Source: the human T2T-CHM13v2.0 reference genome, Homo sapiens. From it: a stretch of DNA of 64,000 bases. Numbering within the stretch: position 1 is the stretch's first letter; each line of letters begins with the position of its first letter. Positions 30,891-46,095 of the stretch are shown here, in pieces. Made by a program: the position numbers and the translations under genes. The stretch lies in NCBI RefSeq assembly GCF_009914755.1, contig NC_060927.1; one strand, written 5' to 3'. The notes beneath the pieces were generated by a model. That model worked only from the letters and a program-made list of their open reading frames with translations, made no database searches and was not told the origin of the DNA.

Positions 30891-32290
30891 TCAGTGCAAC
30901 TTAATACAGTTATATGTCGCTTTGTGACAGATATGTCCTAAGAAATGCATTGTGAGGCAATTCCATCATTGCACAAACATTATGGAGTGTACTTACATAA
31001 ACCTTGAGTGTAGTCTACTGCACACCTGGGCAATATGGTATAGCGTATTGCTCCTAGGCTGCCAACCTGCACAGCATGTTATTGTACTGAACAATGTAGG
31101 CAATGTAACGCAATGATATTTGTGTATCTAAACATACCTAAATGCAGAAATGCTGCAGTAGATATACAACATAAAAGATTGTTTTTAAGTCCACCTGTAG
31201 AAGGCACTTACCATGAATTGAACTTGCAGGCTTGGAAATATCTCTGGGTGAGTCAGTGAGTGAGTGGTGAGTGAGTGTGAAGGTCTAGGACATTACTGTA
31301 TTCTACTCTATGCTTTATAAATACTGTCCATTAGAAGACACTAAATTTATTTTAAAATACTTTTATTTCTTCAGTAACAAATTAACCTTACCTTACTCTC
31401 TTTTACTTTATAAACTTTTAAATTTTTTTAAAACGTTTTGACTATTTAGTAATGACACTTGGCTTAAAACACAAACATTGTAGAGCGGAACAAAAATATT
31501 TTATTTCTTTATATCCTTACTTTATAAGCTTTTCTCTATTTTTGAAATTTTTAATTTTTACTTCTTAAACTTTTTTGTTAAAAACGAAGACACAAATACA
31601 CACATTAGCCTAGGCCTACACGGGGTCAGAATCATCAGGATCACTGTCTTCCGCCTCCCCTCCTGTCCCACTGGAAGGTCTTCAGGGGCAATAACAAGCG
31701 TGGAGCTTCATTTCCTCTGATAACAATGCCTTCTTCTCGAATCCTTCCTGGAGGACCTGTCTGAGGATGTTTTCCAGCTAGCTTTTTTTTCATAAGTAGA
31801 AAGAGTACACTAAAATAACAGCAAAAAGTATAGTAGATACATAAACCAGTACCATAGTCATTTATTATCAAGTATTATGTACTATACATAACTGGATGTG
31901 CTATACTTTTATTATACAACTGGCAGAGCAGTCAATTTGTTTACCCCAGCATAACCACATACATGTAAGTAATGCATTACACTATGATGTTACCATGGCT
32001 ACACTATCACTAGGTAATAGGAATTTTTCAGCTCTATTAGAATCCGATGGGACCACCATTGTATATGTGGTCTGCCATTGGCTGAAGCATCATTATTTGG
32101 TGCATGACTGTAGAACTTTAAGCAATGATGAAAATGCTCTATATCCACACTATCCAATATGGTAACCACTAGCCACTTGTGACTACTGAGTGTCTGAAAG
32201 GTGACTGGTACAACTGGGGAACTGAATTTTAAATTTTCTATAATTTAAATTAAAACAGCCACATTTATTTTATGGCTATTATATTGTATC
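30891..32290. mobile_element. MER3 split by Tigger3b
   Basis: cagtgcaacttaata | gaactttaagcaatgatgaaaatgctcta...tccaatatggtaaccactagccac rebuilds MER3. Confidence 0.7.
30907..32110. mobile_element. Tigger3b (MER7/Golem) TcMar DNA transposon
   Basis: Termini cagttatatgtcgc...gtgcatgactg, TA on both sides; internal ctcctaggctgccaacctgcacagcatgtt motif; ~1.2 kb. Confidence 0.85.
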
Positions 32291-33473
32291 CTATATCATA
32301 TCATATTTATATATCATATCATATGTTACATGGTATATCATATTACAAATGCAGCTTTAGATCATTACTTTCCCTAGAACACAAATTACATGAAAATCTT
32401 GAGTACAATGACATAGTTACTGATTTTGCCAGGATAAAGGAAAAAGTAAATGTTATTTAAAAAGCATATAATTTATGAATTATTAATATCTTCATTGATT
32501 ATTCATCCAAACACCACAGGCCCATCAACAGAATTCCCAGTATATGCGATAATAATTATGTTCAGTCATCGTTGACGTTTTGCCAGCTTTCAGTCAATTA
32601 GAAACTTTGAACTTTACTCGTATTTTTCTATCTAATCATTATGAAGATATATTTGTCAAGGAAGGAGAATAGAAAGCATGTTGTTCAACTCTTTGTGATT
32701 TAGAACTGTTAAATATAGTCATATGATATGCAGGTTCTGCTTGAATTCTTGCCCTGGCTCTTGGTGAAGGATCGGCCTGCTGGATCTGAGTCATCCACCT
32801 ATAAGAGGGACAACACCACACATTGGTCGCTGCTCTCAAGCCCCTGGAATACCACCCCACTTGGCTTCTCCTGGTAACAGTGGCTGCCTTTGCTTGCCTG
32901 TCTCCAACTCCTCCCAAGAGCATTGCTGACTGTGAGCTGTACCTTTGAATCTGCAGGGGCCCTTCCCATCTGTCTAATATTTGCTATCAGTGAAACAGAA
33001 AAACCCTTGGGACACTGTCAGGGAGCATTCTGGCCCGCAAAATGCCTACCAACCACCATGCCGTTCTCATTCTTGCCATTAGCAACCTTCTCTTTCTCTA
33101 CATCATCAGCGTCCTATGTGCACTCATTCTAGAGGGCCAATAATTCTCACAGATTACCAGTGTAGACTTAAATTATTTTTATTATAATATCACAGTACAA
33201 GTAAAAAGTATATGGCTGTGGTTTTTGTTCAGTTATAAAGTTCAAATAAACTTTCTAGATTAAATACAAACAAACTACAACACTGATCAAAATAAAAGCA
33301 GCAACATTAATTTAATGTGGCAATGTCTTGTGGAAAGCAAATTGCCAGTGTTGAAACAGTAGAAAGTTCTTAATGTTGGTTTTTTACTGGTTGTATTTCC
33401 GCATTTTAAATTTAGTAACACTTAACACAGAGAATGCTGTATATAAAATCATATATATATATATACATACAAA

Positions 33474-33706
33474 ATCATGGTCCACTGCAGCCTTGAACTC
33501 CTGAGCTCAAGTGATCCTCCTGCCTCAGCCTTTGGAGTAGCTGGGACTACAGGCACATGCCACCACACTCAGCTAATTTTTAAAATTTTTTTGTAGAGAT
33601 GGGCTCTCACTATAGCCCTGTTCTGGAACTCCTGGGCTCAAGCCATCCTCCCACTTTGGCCTCCCCAAAATGCTGGGATTACAGGCGTGAACCACCGCAT
33701 CTAGCC
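33474..33706 (-). mobile_element. AluJ (partial)
   Basis: cactgcagccttgaactcctgagctcaagtgatcctcc. Confidence 0.9.
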
Positions 33707-34436
33707 TAAAATTATATTGTTAAAAGACTTTGTTTCTCAGTTTGGGATAATCAGAATTCATAGTTCTGATCTCGACTACCAGTTTTAATGAGGTACTTCT
33801 TTCTAACTCCATCAGCTGTGTGGCTATCTGCAGGTAAGGACTATGTTACAACATTATCTAAATTGGGCATCTAATTATCTAAATTATCTAAATATCTAAA
33901 ATGGGCATATAAAATGGGCATTTAATTCCATTAGATATCTGGACTTAGAAATGGAAAAATTTTTAATTGAATATTTTTAAATATCCCTACTGCTAATAAG
34001 TTGGGAGCCATGAAATAAGCTCCTCCTCTTCCATGAATGTGGTCTTGGCCACAGCCCAGTTTTTTATCAGTTCAGTCTCCTTGTACTTCCATGCACTTTC
34101 CTATTTGCACTGCTTCCAAATGTGATACCCACAGAGCCAGACACCATGTCACGTGGGCCTTTAGGCATGTGGCACTGTTCAAACTGGGAGGTGACCTGCA
34201 GTGTGTTTGTACACACGTATTTTAGTTTATCATAAAGATGATTACACAAAATTTATAAATTCTCAGGAAACCTCAAAGTATCCTTAGATAAGTGGTTCTC
34301 AAAGTGTGGTCTGTGGATCCCTTGGGGTTCCTGAGTCCTGCTACTGGGGTCTACGTGGTTTGCAATAAAACCAAGATGTTATTTGCCTTTTTCATCCTGT
34401 TGACATTTGCACTGAAGGTGCAAAAGCAATAGTGGG

Positions 34437-34809
34437 TGTTTTAGTTTTTTCAGGTTGCTATAACAAAATACCTTAGATCAAGTAATTTATAAACAACAAA
34501 AATGTATGGCTCACAGTTGCTTTGCAGTTAATCTGAAGTACAAGATGAAGGCTCTGGCAGAGTCCATGTCTGCTGAGAGCCCATTCCCCAAGGACGGAAA
34601 CTTTGAGCTGTGCCCTCCCATGGCAGAAGGGGCAAAGCAGCTCTCTTCAACCTCTTTTATAAGGGTGGTGAATATGAATTCTATTCATGAAGTGGGCAGT
34701 TCTTATGGCTTACTGATTTCCTGAAGTACCCAACTCTTAATACTATCACATGGAATATTAGGTTTCAACATATGAATTTTGGGGGGACACCAATGTTCAG
34801 ACCATAGCA
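34437..34809 (-). mobile_element. MaLR LTR (MSTD/MLT1A-like)
   Basis: gctataacaaaatacc...tttcaacatatgaattttggggggacac...cagaccatagca; 5-bp TSD-like gtggg/atggg. Confidence 0.8.
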
Positions 34810-34879
34810 ATGGGTGAAACTGCTGGAATCTGAACACAGCACCAAACTGTTACAGAAGGCATTATGTTCTTCGTCATCA

Positions 34880-35202
<323 letters not shown>

Positions 35203-36340
35203 TTAATGTCCATGATGAAGCAGAAAAAAAATACACAACTTTATAATATTCTAAGCGACAAAATGGGAATTACATGCAAAGCACTTCTGCTGCATACTAA
35301 AGTAAGATATTGTCTTGAGGACAATCACTTATGAGATTGAGTTACAGAGCTAAACCAGCTGCTTTTTTCCATTGAATACCATATTTACTCTTAAGAACGA
35401 TTAGCACACACGATGGTTGCTCAGACTTAGGGGTTTGGCGCACAGTTTTCCCAGAGATGCGTTAGTGAGCCCAATAGTTTAGGGAAAACAACTCGCAATA
35501 TTTTTAGCAAATGATAAAATGCAGGTTTTCAAGTAAAAATTAGAAAACCTATATCCATAAGTTTAATAGTTTCTAAATATTTAAAAACTTTTCTGATAAG
35601 ATGTTAGGGATATTAATGAATTTATCTTTTTTATATACTGTAATGAAATGTGTCACTATTTGGAAGATTTATGTAACGCAGTAAACCAATATTTTCCTGT
35701 TGACCAATGCATATTGTTACAAAACCATGCATAGTAAAAGATCTATTCAAAGTTCAGGAGAGACAAATGGATTTTAATGTAACAGAGTATGAGAAGTTTA
35801 TTGGCATGGTTTCAGACTCTGTTGTAATTAACTTTAAAGAAACTATCATTTGTCAAATTTTGAAGAAGTGTTAAGAAATATCCACAATTACCTGAAAAGG
35901 CTTTTAAAATACTCTTATTTTTAACCTACTACATATCTACGTGAGGCCAGATTTTCCTTGTATATTTCAACTAACCAACATATTTCACAGATTGAATGCA
36001 GAGGCAGATATAAGAATCCAGGTGTCTTTGATTCAAGCCACACATTAATGAGATTTGTAAAAATATAAAACACTGTCATTCTTATGAAGTTTTTGATTTA
36101 GTAAAAATTCAGGGTTTTTTTGGTAAAATATGTTATTTATTATAAAATATAATGGGCTTTTATTATGACTAAATTCATCCATTATTTGATAACCTCAACA
36201 GATATCAAATAATATTATGTATTTAATAAATCAATTAATAAATTAAATAAATTACTAAATGTTAATTAATTTAATTAATAAATATTTTAGTTTCCCTTAG
36301 TTTTAATTGCTAATATGAGAATATCAATAGATACAGCTTA

Positions 36341-37329
36341 AGTGGAAGCTGAATTCCTAGACACACCAAATGTCTACAGTCAATGTCATGGCCCTAATTG
36401 GCATAAACAAAGATTGTGCAAACTAGAGTGATATCTGGGAAGGGCTGGATGAGCCTATGATTAGAAGATCCCCAACATAGCTGGAGTTACTTCAGATAAA
36501 TCCTCGCCATAATATTATTATTATTTGATAGCTGCAGAAGATATCAAATTAATTTATTAAATACATAATATTATTATTTGATATCTGCTGAGGGCCCTTT
36601 CCCCAAGGACTATTATCATTTACTAAATGAATTAATAAATATTTTAATTTTTTCTAGATACCACCCACATAAACAAAAACTTTTTGGGAGTCCTCCAGAA
36701 TTTTTAAGAGTTATCTAAACTATTGCCTTTAATGACCAGGAACTCCAATTTGAGAAGTTACCCTACGTTAAGCCAACAGCAGCCTGGCTCCTTCATCCTG
36801 TGCAGTATGGGACAGAGCTGGGTCCTTGTTGTCATCAGCCAGACAAGCACACATTAAAGCCCACCTTAGCCATTGGCATTACAGCTTTAAAAGCAGCTCC
36901 ATCCTACCATGCTGTCACTCTACTCAATCACGTGATCTTAACGACCAGCTCTACATATCCTCTCTCCATGCCCCCACCACCATCCCCCACCAACAAATCC
37001 GGTAATCTATCTCTGTCAATAGTCCTGCAGTGAATTCCGAATAAGTTTTTCTCTTCCCTGGCCTGCCGTTTACGTAGTACCCTGGATGAATCTATACTTA
37101 CTCCATAGTAAGTAGTACCTTGGATGAATCTATACTTGCATCCAATGGAAATGAGAGTGATGGTGCAGAGTTATCCGAAGTAACTCCAGCTATGTTGTGG
37201 ATCTTCTAATCATGGGCTCATCTAAGCCTTCCCAGATATCACTCTAGTTTTTACAATCTTTGTTTATGACAATTAGGGCTGTAACATTGGCTGTAGACAT
37301 TTGTTGCATCAAGGAACTCAGCTTCCACT
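36341..37329. repeat. 159-bp inverted repeat pair (36341-36499 vs 37171-37329)
   Basis: Manual reverse-complement alignment: 141/159 identical, no gaps. Confidence 0.95.
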
Positions 37330-38619
37330 GAAGTTCTGAAGTTAATCAGTTTCTGATCTTGTTCTGCAACTCTCTGCAAGAAGAAAAATCACCAGGAAAT
37401 AGTGCATCCTGAAAGGAGTCAAAGTTTCCTTATCCAGCTGGAGCAGTGTGATCTCGGACCAGAGTCAATTCCTTGCCCAACAGACTTCACATTGAGCCAT
37501 GAGAAGCAGCCTACTTACCCTTACCTGGACACTTCTCCAAAACCTGTGAAATGGCCTCTGTCACTGCCTCAAAGCCTCATCCTTGGTGGGCAACTCACCT
37601 GGATCCTGAGACCAAAATATAGAGCTTAATGAACTGCTCCTCTGCTGTAAACCTACTATCTTTTCACACTAAGATGTAGATATTCTCGCCTTGCTCTACC
37701 CAGTGGTGAGCAAGGATGTTAATCTAGTTCTTACTTCCCCTGAGAGCCTCTTGCAACTTCACTGTTAATAGAAATCACTCTTTTATGCTTGCAAAGCATA
37801 TCCTTATCCTTTGGTATAAGGAATTTATACAAAGATGCACAGGACTGGTGGGGTAACAAGAAAAGCCATTTCCCTAACTGCCTGCTTAATCTGGATCCAA
37901 GTGCTGCTAAGACAAAGAAGTACAACAAATTTAATAGGAAACCAGAACAAAACCCTAAAACGAACGCTCAAGGTTGTTTGGGTTACAACCTCAGCTTGAG
38001 AGATCTGCTCTGGCATTTATACTTCCTAAAATAGAGAATTTGAGTGAATGAGGTGGCCACCATCCAAATGAAGTGCCTCAACTGGGAAGAGATTCATGCC
38101 AACCTGCTAGGGCATGGTGTTTAGCCTTTCTTATATTTAGTCAATTCATGGGCTCATCATTTGGGGTGAGGTCATCAGGATGGTGCCACTCAATTCACTT
38201 GGCAAGAGCCACAGCAACTGATGTAGGAAGAAGCCTGTTGGAGTTTCTTTTACTAAAGGGCACCTGGGGGCCAAGGATACATGGAGTCTTCATGAATTAA
38301 TGAATGAAGCCCCTCAACTGGCTCAGTATAATTATTCTCAGGGGACATCTTTATATTCTCTTACAGTTAAAGTCCTGGTGGGGCTAGCTTTTCAAAATAA
38401 TGACTCCAATTTTGAGGCAGTTCAGAGAATTTAGTGGATTGATTTTTCAATATCTCTGTCTGTTACTGATTAATTTGTTGAGAGTGAATGTAGGCATCAG
38501 CTCTAATTTCCTTGAACAGCTTTTATAAGTGACTTACATGTATAAAGGGCATCCTCCAAAACCATTTTAATTTTTAAAGATGCCAAACAATTTGATAATT
38601 AAGTTCTATAAATGTGGAC

Positions 38620-38930
38620 TAGTATTTCCCAAACTGTGCCCTCTAGGAAATGCTTCTAGGAGATGTTAATAGGTACACAACAAAAATAAGTGAATGAAAG
38701 AAAAATTTTCAATCCATTGTCAGAAAACTTTGGAAAGAATTTGTTTACTATAGGGGACTCTTCTTGGAGATTTACTCTCCAATTAGTATATTTAAAGACC
38801 TGAGAAGTTCCATTGTAAAGAAATTTGCTTTTAATTAACCAAGCATTTCCCAAATTTACCTTAACACAGACAATTTTTAAATTTTTCCTTATGCTTCCCC
38901 AGATCCTAATTTTAGGACATATTGATCTAT
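38620..38930. mobile_element. hAT-Charlie-type MER fragment
   Basis: agtatttcccaaactgtg...ggagatgttaatagg...aagcatttcccaaattt. Confidence 0.45.
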
Positions 38931-39014
38931 GTAAATTTTAAGTCAAATGTATAATTTTGAAACATGTGTAGAACTTAAATGGAACAGGATAGGGAATAAG
39001 ACTTACTTTAAATC

Positions 39015-40085
39015 AAGTCCTCAGGAAAAACAATTCGAGATAAAAAACTTGTGTGGGGAAGTTTACTGGGTGGTGTTCTCAGGTTCAATTCCTGCAAGGA
39101 AGTAAAGACATAGCACTGGGCCGAGGGAGAATTTGAACTGTGTTCTAGCCACAACAAAGTTCTCATTCTGTCATAGGGGATCACCGAAGCCGGAATGGGC
39201 TTTTACATTTGTCCTGCCTTGAGGCAGCGGGGCTGGGCATTCATAACCCTCCTTACCAGGTTGCTTCCAGGAAGAGGTCATGATCCTGGGGTGGATCAAG
39301 AACTGCTATCTTGGGTTGAGGGTAATTCTTGAAGAAGGATTCAGCCAGAGTCCCCATGTCTTAGAGAGGCCATCAACAATTCGGAGATTTAGTGCCTCAT
39401 CCCTAAAGAGGGCACTGGAGGGGCTCCATGGCAGCCTCTACTTTGTGCCACTTGGATCCATTTGCTTTGTAGATTAAGTTCTGAGAACATTTCCTCCAGG
39501 ATCTCGGTTGGTCATTTCTCTTGGAGAAACTTACAAGAAAAAGGAAATGGAGGAACTACAGCCTCACCACATGCAGCTCATATAGAGGTTGCAAATGACA
39601 TTCATCAGCTCCTCCTCAAGTACCATTCCAGATCCCCTTGTCCACGGGTGGTAACTTTGTTGGTCCATGTGGCTGGCCTGATGTAGTGACCAGACTTTGA
39701 TCTCTGAGGGGCCTGAGCTTCATAGCCACGACTGCTGCACTTCCATTCATTACCAAAATTGCTCCCATTGGGTAACGGCAGCTCTATCTCCTCCTTATAA
39801 TAGAGCCGGGAGGCTGGCTCCTCTCCTTGCTTACTGTTGGCACAAGGAGTCAAACGTGACCACTGACAGCCATAGCTAACATTTAATGGGAGCCCTCCTG
39901 GGTTTCCTGGTGGAAGCATTTTTTTTTGGTCTGAAAACCAGAACCTCTAAACCCATAAAGTTGGGAGTTATAGAAATGGGAAACACAAATTTCACAAGTG
40001 TGTCAGTAGTACTGATGGGAAGTGGGGCAACTCCTAATCGTCTCCCTTGGTTTCTGGATTTACCTATTGAGAACACAGAACCATG
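39015..40085 (-). mobile_element. ERVL LTR (LTR16/LTR33 class) plus adjacent internal fragment
   Basis: gtttactgggtggtgttctcagg...ctgggccgagggagaatttgaactg LTR motifs; internal sequence similar to the 56.5-57.1 kb ERVL remnant. Confidence 0.55.
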
Positions 40086-40104
40086 AAAAGGCAGTTGATT
40101 TAGA

Positions 40105-40345
40105 GCAGTAGCTTTCAAACTTTTGGTCTCAGGACCCCTTTACACTGTTAAAATTATTTTAAACAGAAGCCCAAAGCTCATTGAGGGTGATAACTACCAA
40201 TACTTACTGAATTAGAAATTAAAACTGAGGAAACTTTAAAATACTTCAACTCATTTGAAGATAGGGTGGAACACACTGCATGTTAACAGATATAACACCT
40301 TCATATAATTATTATGAAGTTAGTTTTGACCTCATGGAACCCTGG
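40105..40345. mobile_element. hAT-Charlie terminal fragment
   Basis: caaacttttggtctcaggacccctttacactgttaaaattatt. Confidence 0.65.
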
Positions 40346-41332
40346 AATCTCTCCTAAAGTGTCAGATTGTCCCAGAATAGGAAGGAGCATAGTGAAGGAC
40401 ACTTGGCAGGTGAATTTTACTTGCCTTGGTTTGTAATACCTGATTCTTAAAAGAAGCTATGAAATGTGTTGACGTTGTAGTGAAGTCTGGTCTACTTTAG
40501 TGGAAGTGCTTCCTTGATTTACTCATTAATTCCTTTGCCAACAAAATGAAATGTTATTCCTCACTTTCTGTGTAATCTGCCTAATAGCAAAGCTTCTTTA
40601 TGTTAGCTTTGTTACATCCTTGATTATTCAAGAAAAAAGTATCAAGTTATAAAAGAACTTACATATTCTTTACAATCATGTTACTATCTACATTTAAAAA
40701 AATGCTATTTTGATTAAATAGATAACTAAATATCATTTTCAGGCACCCACAATCATATGTTAATCAAATGTCCAAATCTCCTCTGACAACTTTTTGATTT
40801 TTGCCTTCTCAAAATCAAATCCAAATATAGAAACATATAAGTAAAAAAAGAATATTTCAAGATATCTTTTACATCAAAATCCATTTTGAGATTCCCAGAG
40901 GGTCCCTGGAAAATTGCAAAGATTTGTTTTTTCACTTTATAAGAAGAGAGGTACTAGAGATAATTAGCGTTTTTGATATGTTACTATTATAAAGTTTCAT
41001 GGGAAAAGTTGTCAAATCAGAAGAGACATTCAGTTAAATTTGGGTATTTAAAATATTTTATTAATGTAATGATTTCAGAAATTATATGATTTTGGAAAGT
41101 CCCTGGAGATTTGTCAGTGACCTCGCATTCTATGTTTTAACTTCTGAGGGAACGTTGACCTAAACTCTGTGGATTTTTTCCATATTCACCAGAATCTTTG
41201 TGTTGCTTTGCCTGATGATACTAGACAACAACTGTATGTTATTAGTCATAATTTCCATTATTATTTAAAATATGAACTTCATCACAGACTTAATTCTTTA
41301 ATTTGACTTTAATATATTCTATGCCACTGATT

Positions 41333-41678
<346 letters not shown>

Positions 41679-42580
41679 TAAAAATACAGATGTCTAGGAC
41701 CGATGCCAGATTTACTGAATCTCTTTTTATTCTTGATATTTTCTTAGTATATGTTTGCTGTAATCTTAGTATATTATTATATTATGTCTCGGTTATTATA
41801 TCTCAAGGCTTTTCCTCTCTAAAATTATGTTCTCCTATTTTACAAATCAGATGTAACATTCACTGACTCCTCTGAAAATAGGCCTAATCATTCTTCTTAG
41901 AGACATATTGTCTGAAAGTTTATCTCAGAATGGCTTTATCATCTTGTTAGGTGTGCCACAGAAGCACTCAAATGTCTCTGTGGGTTACATTATTCTTATT
42001 ATTAACTCTCATTAGACCTTTACGTTGGAAAATTATTTTAATAAATTAACCACAGACATTTTCCATTTTCTCTATCATTTAAGATACATTTGTTTTTTGT
42101 TGTTGTTGTTTTTGTTTCTGTTTGTTGTTTTTACTATTTACTCTGATGCTTGCCTGAAGATTCTGCTATCAGCTACAGGTCTGGGTTTGTGTCTCCGACA
42201 AAGAACCACCTCAAAGCCCCACAGAAAAGGACTGTACCGTATACTTCAAACTATTGACACCTCAAAGAACAGAGCTTGGGTTCAGGCTTCTGATGCATTC
42301 TGAGACACTCTCAGACCATACCAGTGGGCTGGGTCAGGATTTACAGAACTATTTTCATTTCAAGAGCATACGGGCTCATGAGATTGCTAACTCAAGATCC
42401 GGTGGAACAGAAATACTTATATCGGACTGAATAAACTGATGAGGAAAATCTTATTGCATTTATTGGTAGAGAATACTATTGATGTTTAAATGTTCTCTTT
42501 TCCATATTTAAAAGCAAACAAGCACTTTCTTTTTCTTCTTAAACTCTCTGTAATCCGTAATGATTTAGTAGACTCTGCTC

Positions 42581-42890
<310 letters not shown>

Positions 42891-43229
42891 TGACTCTGCT
42901 CTTTTATACTGAAATGTAACATTTTAAAATGATATCTGATTCTCCCCGATTCCTCTGAAATCAGAAATTCTTAAGTGTCCTCACTTTTCACATCAATATG
43001 CTTGTTTGTATATGTTCAGTAAAAATCTGTCTTTTAAAAAAATCAGAATATAATTAGGAAAATCAAATATACAAGCAAGGCCTTTCCTGCAATGTCACAT
43101 TTGTGAATAATCTCATTTAATGGAACTTAATGGGGCCAATACTTATAAGGTCTTCCCCCAAAAAATGGCCTGGTGCCTCATTCACAGAGTCCCAGCCTTA
43201 CAGGAGTAAAGGCTTGACTGAGGCTGAAA

Positions 43230-43866
<637 letters not shown>

Positions 43867-44019
43867 ACCACCTTCCAAAGCTCTAGCCCTTTCCATCATT
43901 CTAGGCTCCATCCTCACCCTTGGGTAATTTTATGATTTACTGGATGAAGCAGCCTTATAAACAAATAGCAATAAAATGAAGCAGATTATAATTGTGTACT
44001 ATCGTAGAGGTACAAAAAG

Positions 44020-44420
44020 CGCTGGAAAGGACGTTAAATCCAACTGGAATAATCCAGGGGAACTTCATGAAGGAAGTGGCATTTGACATGAAAAAATGAG
44101 AGGATTTCGAGGGTCTAAGATTAGAAGCAAGAAGGAGCAACTGGCCAGGTGATAGGGCAAGGTGGATGTTGGTACAGAGGCAGGAGAAAGCGTATGTCGG
44201 GGCTGGGGAGCTGAGGACAATATAGTGGCACTGAGAACACTGAAAATAAAACTGTGGAAGTTTAAAGAGGAGAACAGTGTGGGAAGCCTCATATGTCAGG
44301 ACCAGGACATGAGAAATCCAGGAAAGGTTTCTGAATAGGAGACTGGCATGATTAGACCCATGCTTTAGAAAGAACAGCCTGGTGATCCTGTGAAGACTGA
44401 GTCAGAGGGGGACAGGCATT
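44020..44420 (-). mobile_element. L2 fragment
   Basis: aacttcatgaaggaagtggcatttga; catgctttagaaagaacagcctgg. Confidence 0.55.
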
Positions 44421-44539
44421 TAATGTATTACATTATCTTAATAAACTAACCACAGGCATTTGGCAGTAGCGAGGCCCAGTGGGAAGCCGTCCTAGTTGGT
44501 TCAGCAAGTGCCCTTTGACTCCATGGGACAGCTCAGAGG

Positions 44540-44690
44540 CGCGCCATTGTGGCTGCACGTTGGAGTCACCTGGGTGTTTCCAAAACACACCGACACTCAG
44601 TCTCCCCACCAGGTTTCTGATTTCACCGTGCAGGGTGGGTTTAGGCACCCCGGCTGATTCTCATTTGCAGCCCAGTTTGAAAAGAGCATG
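44540..44690. mobile_element. MER5A
   Basis: ggctgcacgttggagtcacctggg...gattctcatttgcagcccagtttgaaa. Confidence 0.65.
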
Positions 44691-45204
44691 ACCGAGAAAG
44701 GGAAGTCAGGCTGATGTCTTCTCAGCTCCAGGCAAATTTGAGGACTACTACTCACTCACTCTTGCCTCATTTTCTGAATTTCTCTTCTACCTTCTTCCTT
44801 GGGTCCTTGTCCTTCACTTCTGGGTATTTTTATGATTTTTAGGTTTTCCATGGTAGCACCGCTATTTTGCCTGACTATTCTAACCCCGAAAGTGTTTCAA
44901 GATCTCATTAAAATGGAAGGAATCTGATCAGACTAATTCGCAGTAAGATATAAATGATCGATGACCCAAAACCCCACCTAAGGGTATTTGATTTTAAATT
45001 TTTTTTCTAACCTTAAAAAAAGAATAATTTCACACTTATGGAAAAGTTACAAAAGAGATTTTCTAGATACTCTGTTTTAAAACATATCAGTGTTATTCTG
45101 TCTCTTCACACATACACACTCATATGTATACACGCATATTTATTTTTCGGAACCACTCAGAACTAAGTTGCAAGCATATCCCCAAATACTTCTGTGTGCA
45201 TCTC

Positions 45205-45628
45205 TGCTATGGTTTGAATGTGCCTCCCGCCCCCCAATTCATGTGTTGAAATTTAGTTGTCATTGTGATGGTATTAAGAGGTTAGGAAATCCAATTAAAA
45301 TTCCTATGTTGATTGGACGTGGAGTCTAGGTAATTAGGATTAGATAAAGTCATCAGGGCAGGGCCCCCGTGATGGGACTGGTAGCTTTATAAAGAGAGGA
45401 AGACACACTTGTGCTGACACTTGCATGCACTTGCCTCCATGCCATGTGATGCCCTGCACACTTCCGGACTCTGCAGACAGTCACCACCAGCAAGAAGGCC
45501 CTCACCACATGTGGCCCCTACACCTTGGAATTCCCAACCTCCAGGACTATGAGAAATACATTTCTTTTCTTTGTGAATTACCCAGTCTCTGGCATTCAGT
45601 GATAGCAACTGAAAATGGACTGAGACAA
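45205..45628 (+). mobile_element. MST (MaLR) LTR
   Basis: tgctatggtttgaatgtg...ccaccagcaagaaggccctcacc...gaaaatggactgagaca. Confidence 0.85.
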
Positions 45629-45786
45629 GCTACTAAGAACAAGAGCACTCTCTTGCATAGCCTCAATACGCTTGGCCAAAATCAGTACCTTAATGTTTAC
45701 ACAACACACTTCTCTAATCTACAGCCTCCACTCAACTTTTGCTGATTATCCCAATATTTTTTATAGAAATACAACAACAAGAAGAC

Positions 45787-46095
<309 letters not shown>

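Larger units (their letters stand above)
30280..33420. mobile_element. Possible old hAT-type DNA transposon remnant hosting MER3 and Tigger3b
   Basis: AT-rich, transposase-like degenerate sequence on both sides of the nested elements; family not certain. Confidence 0.3.
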
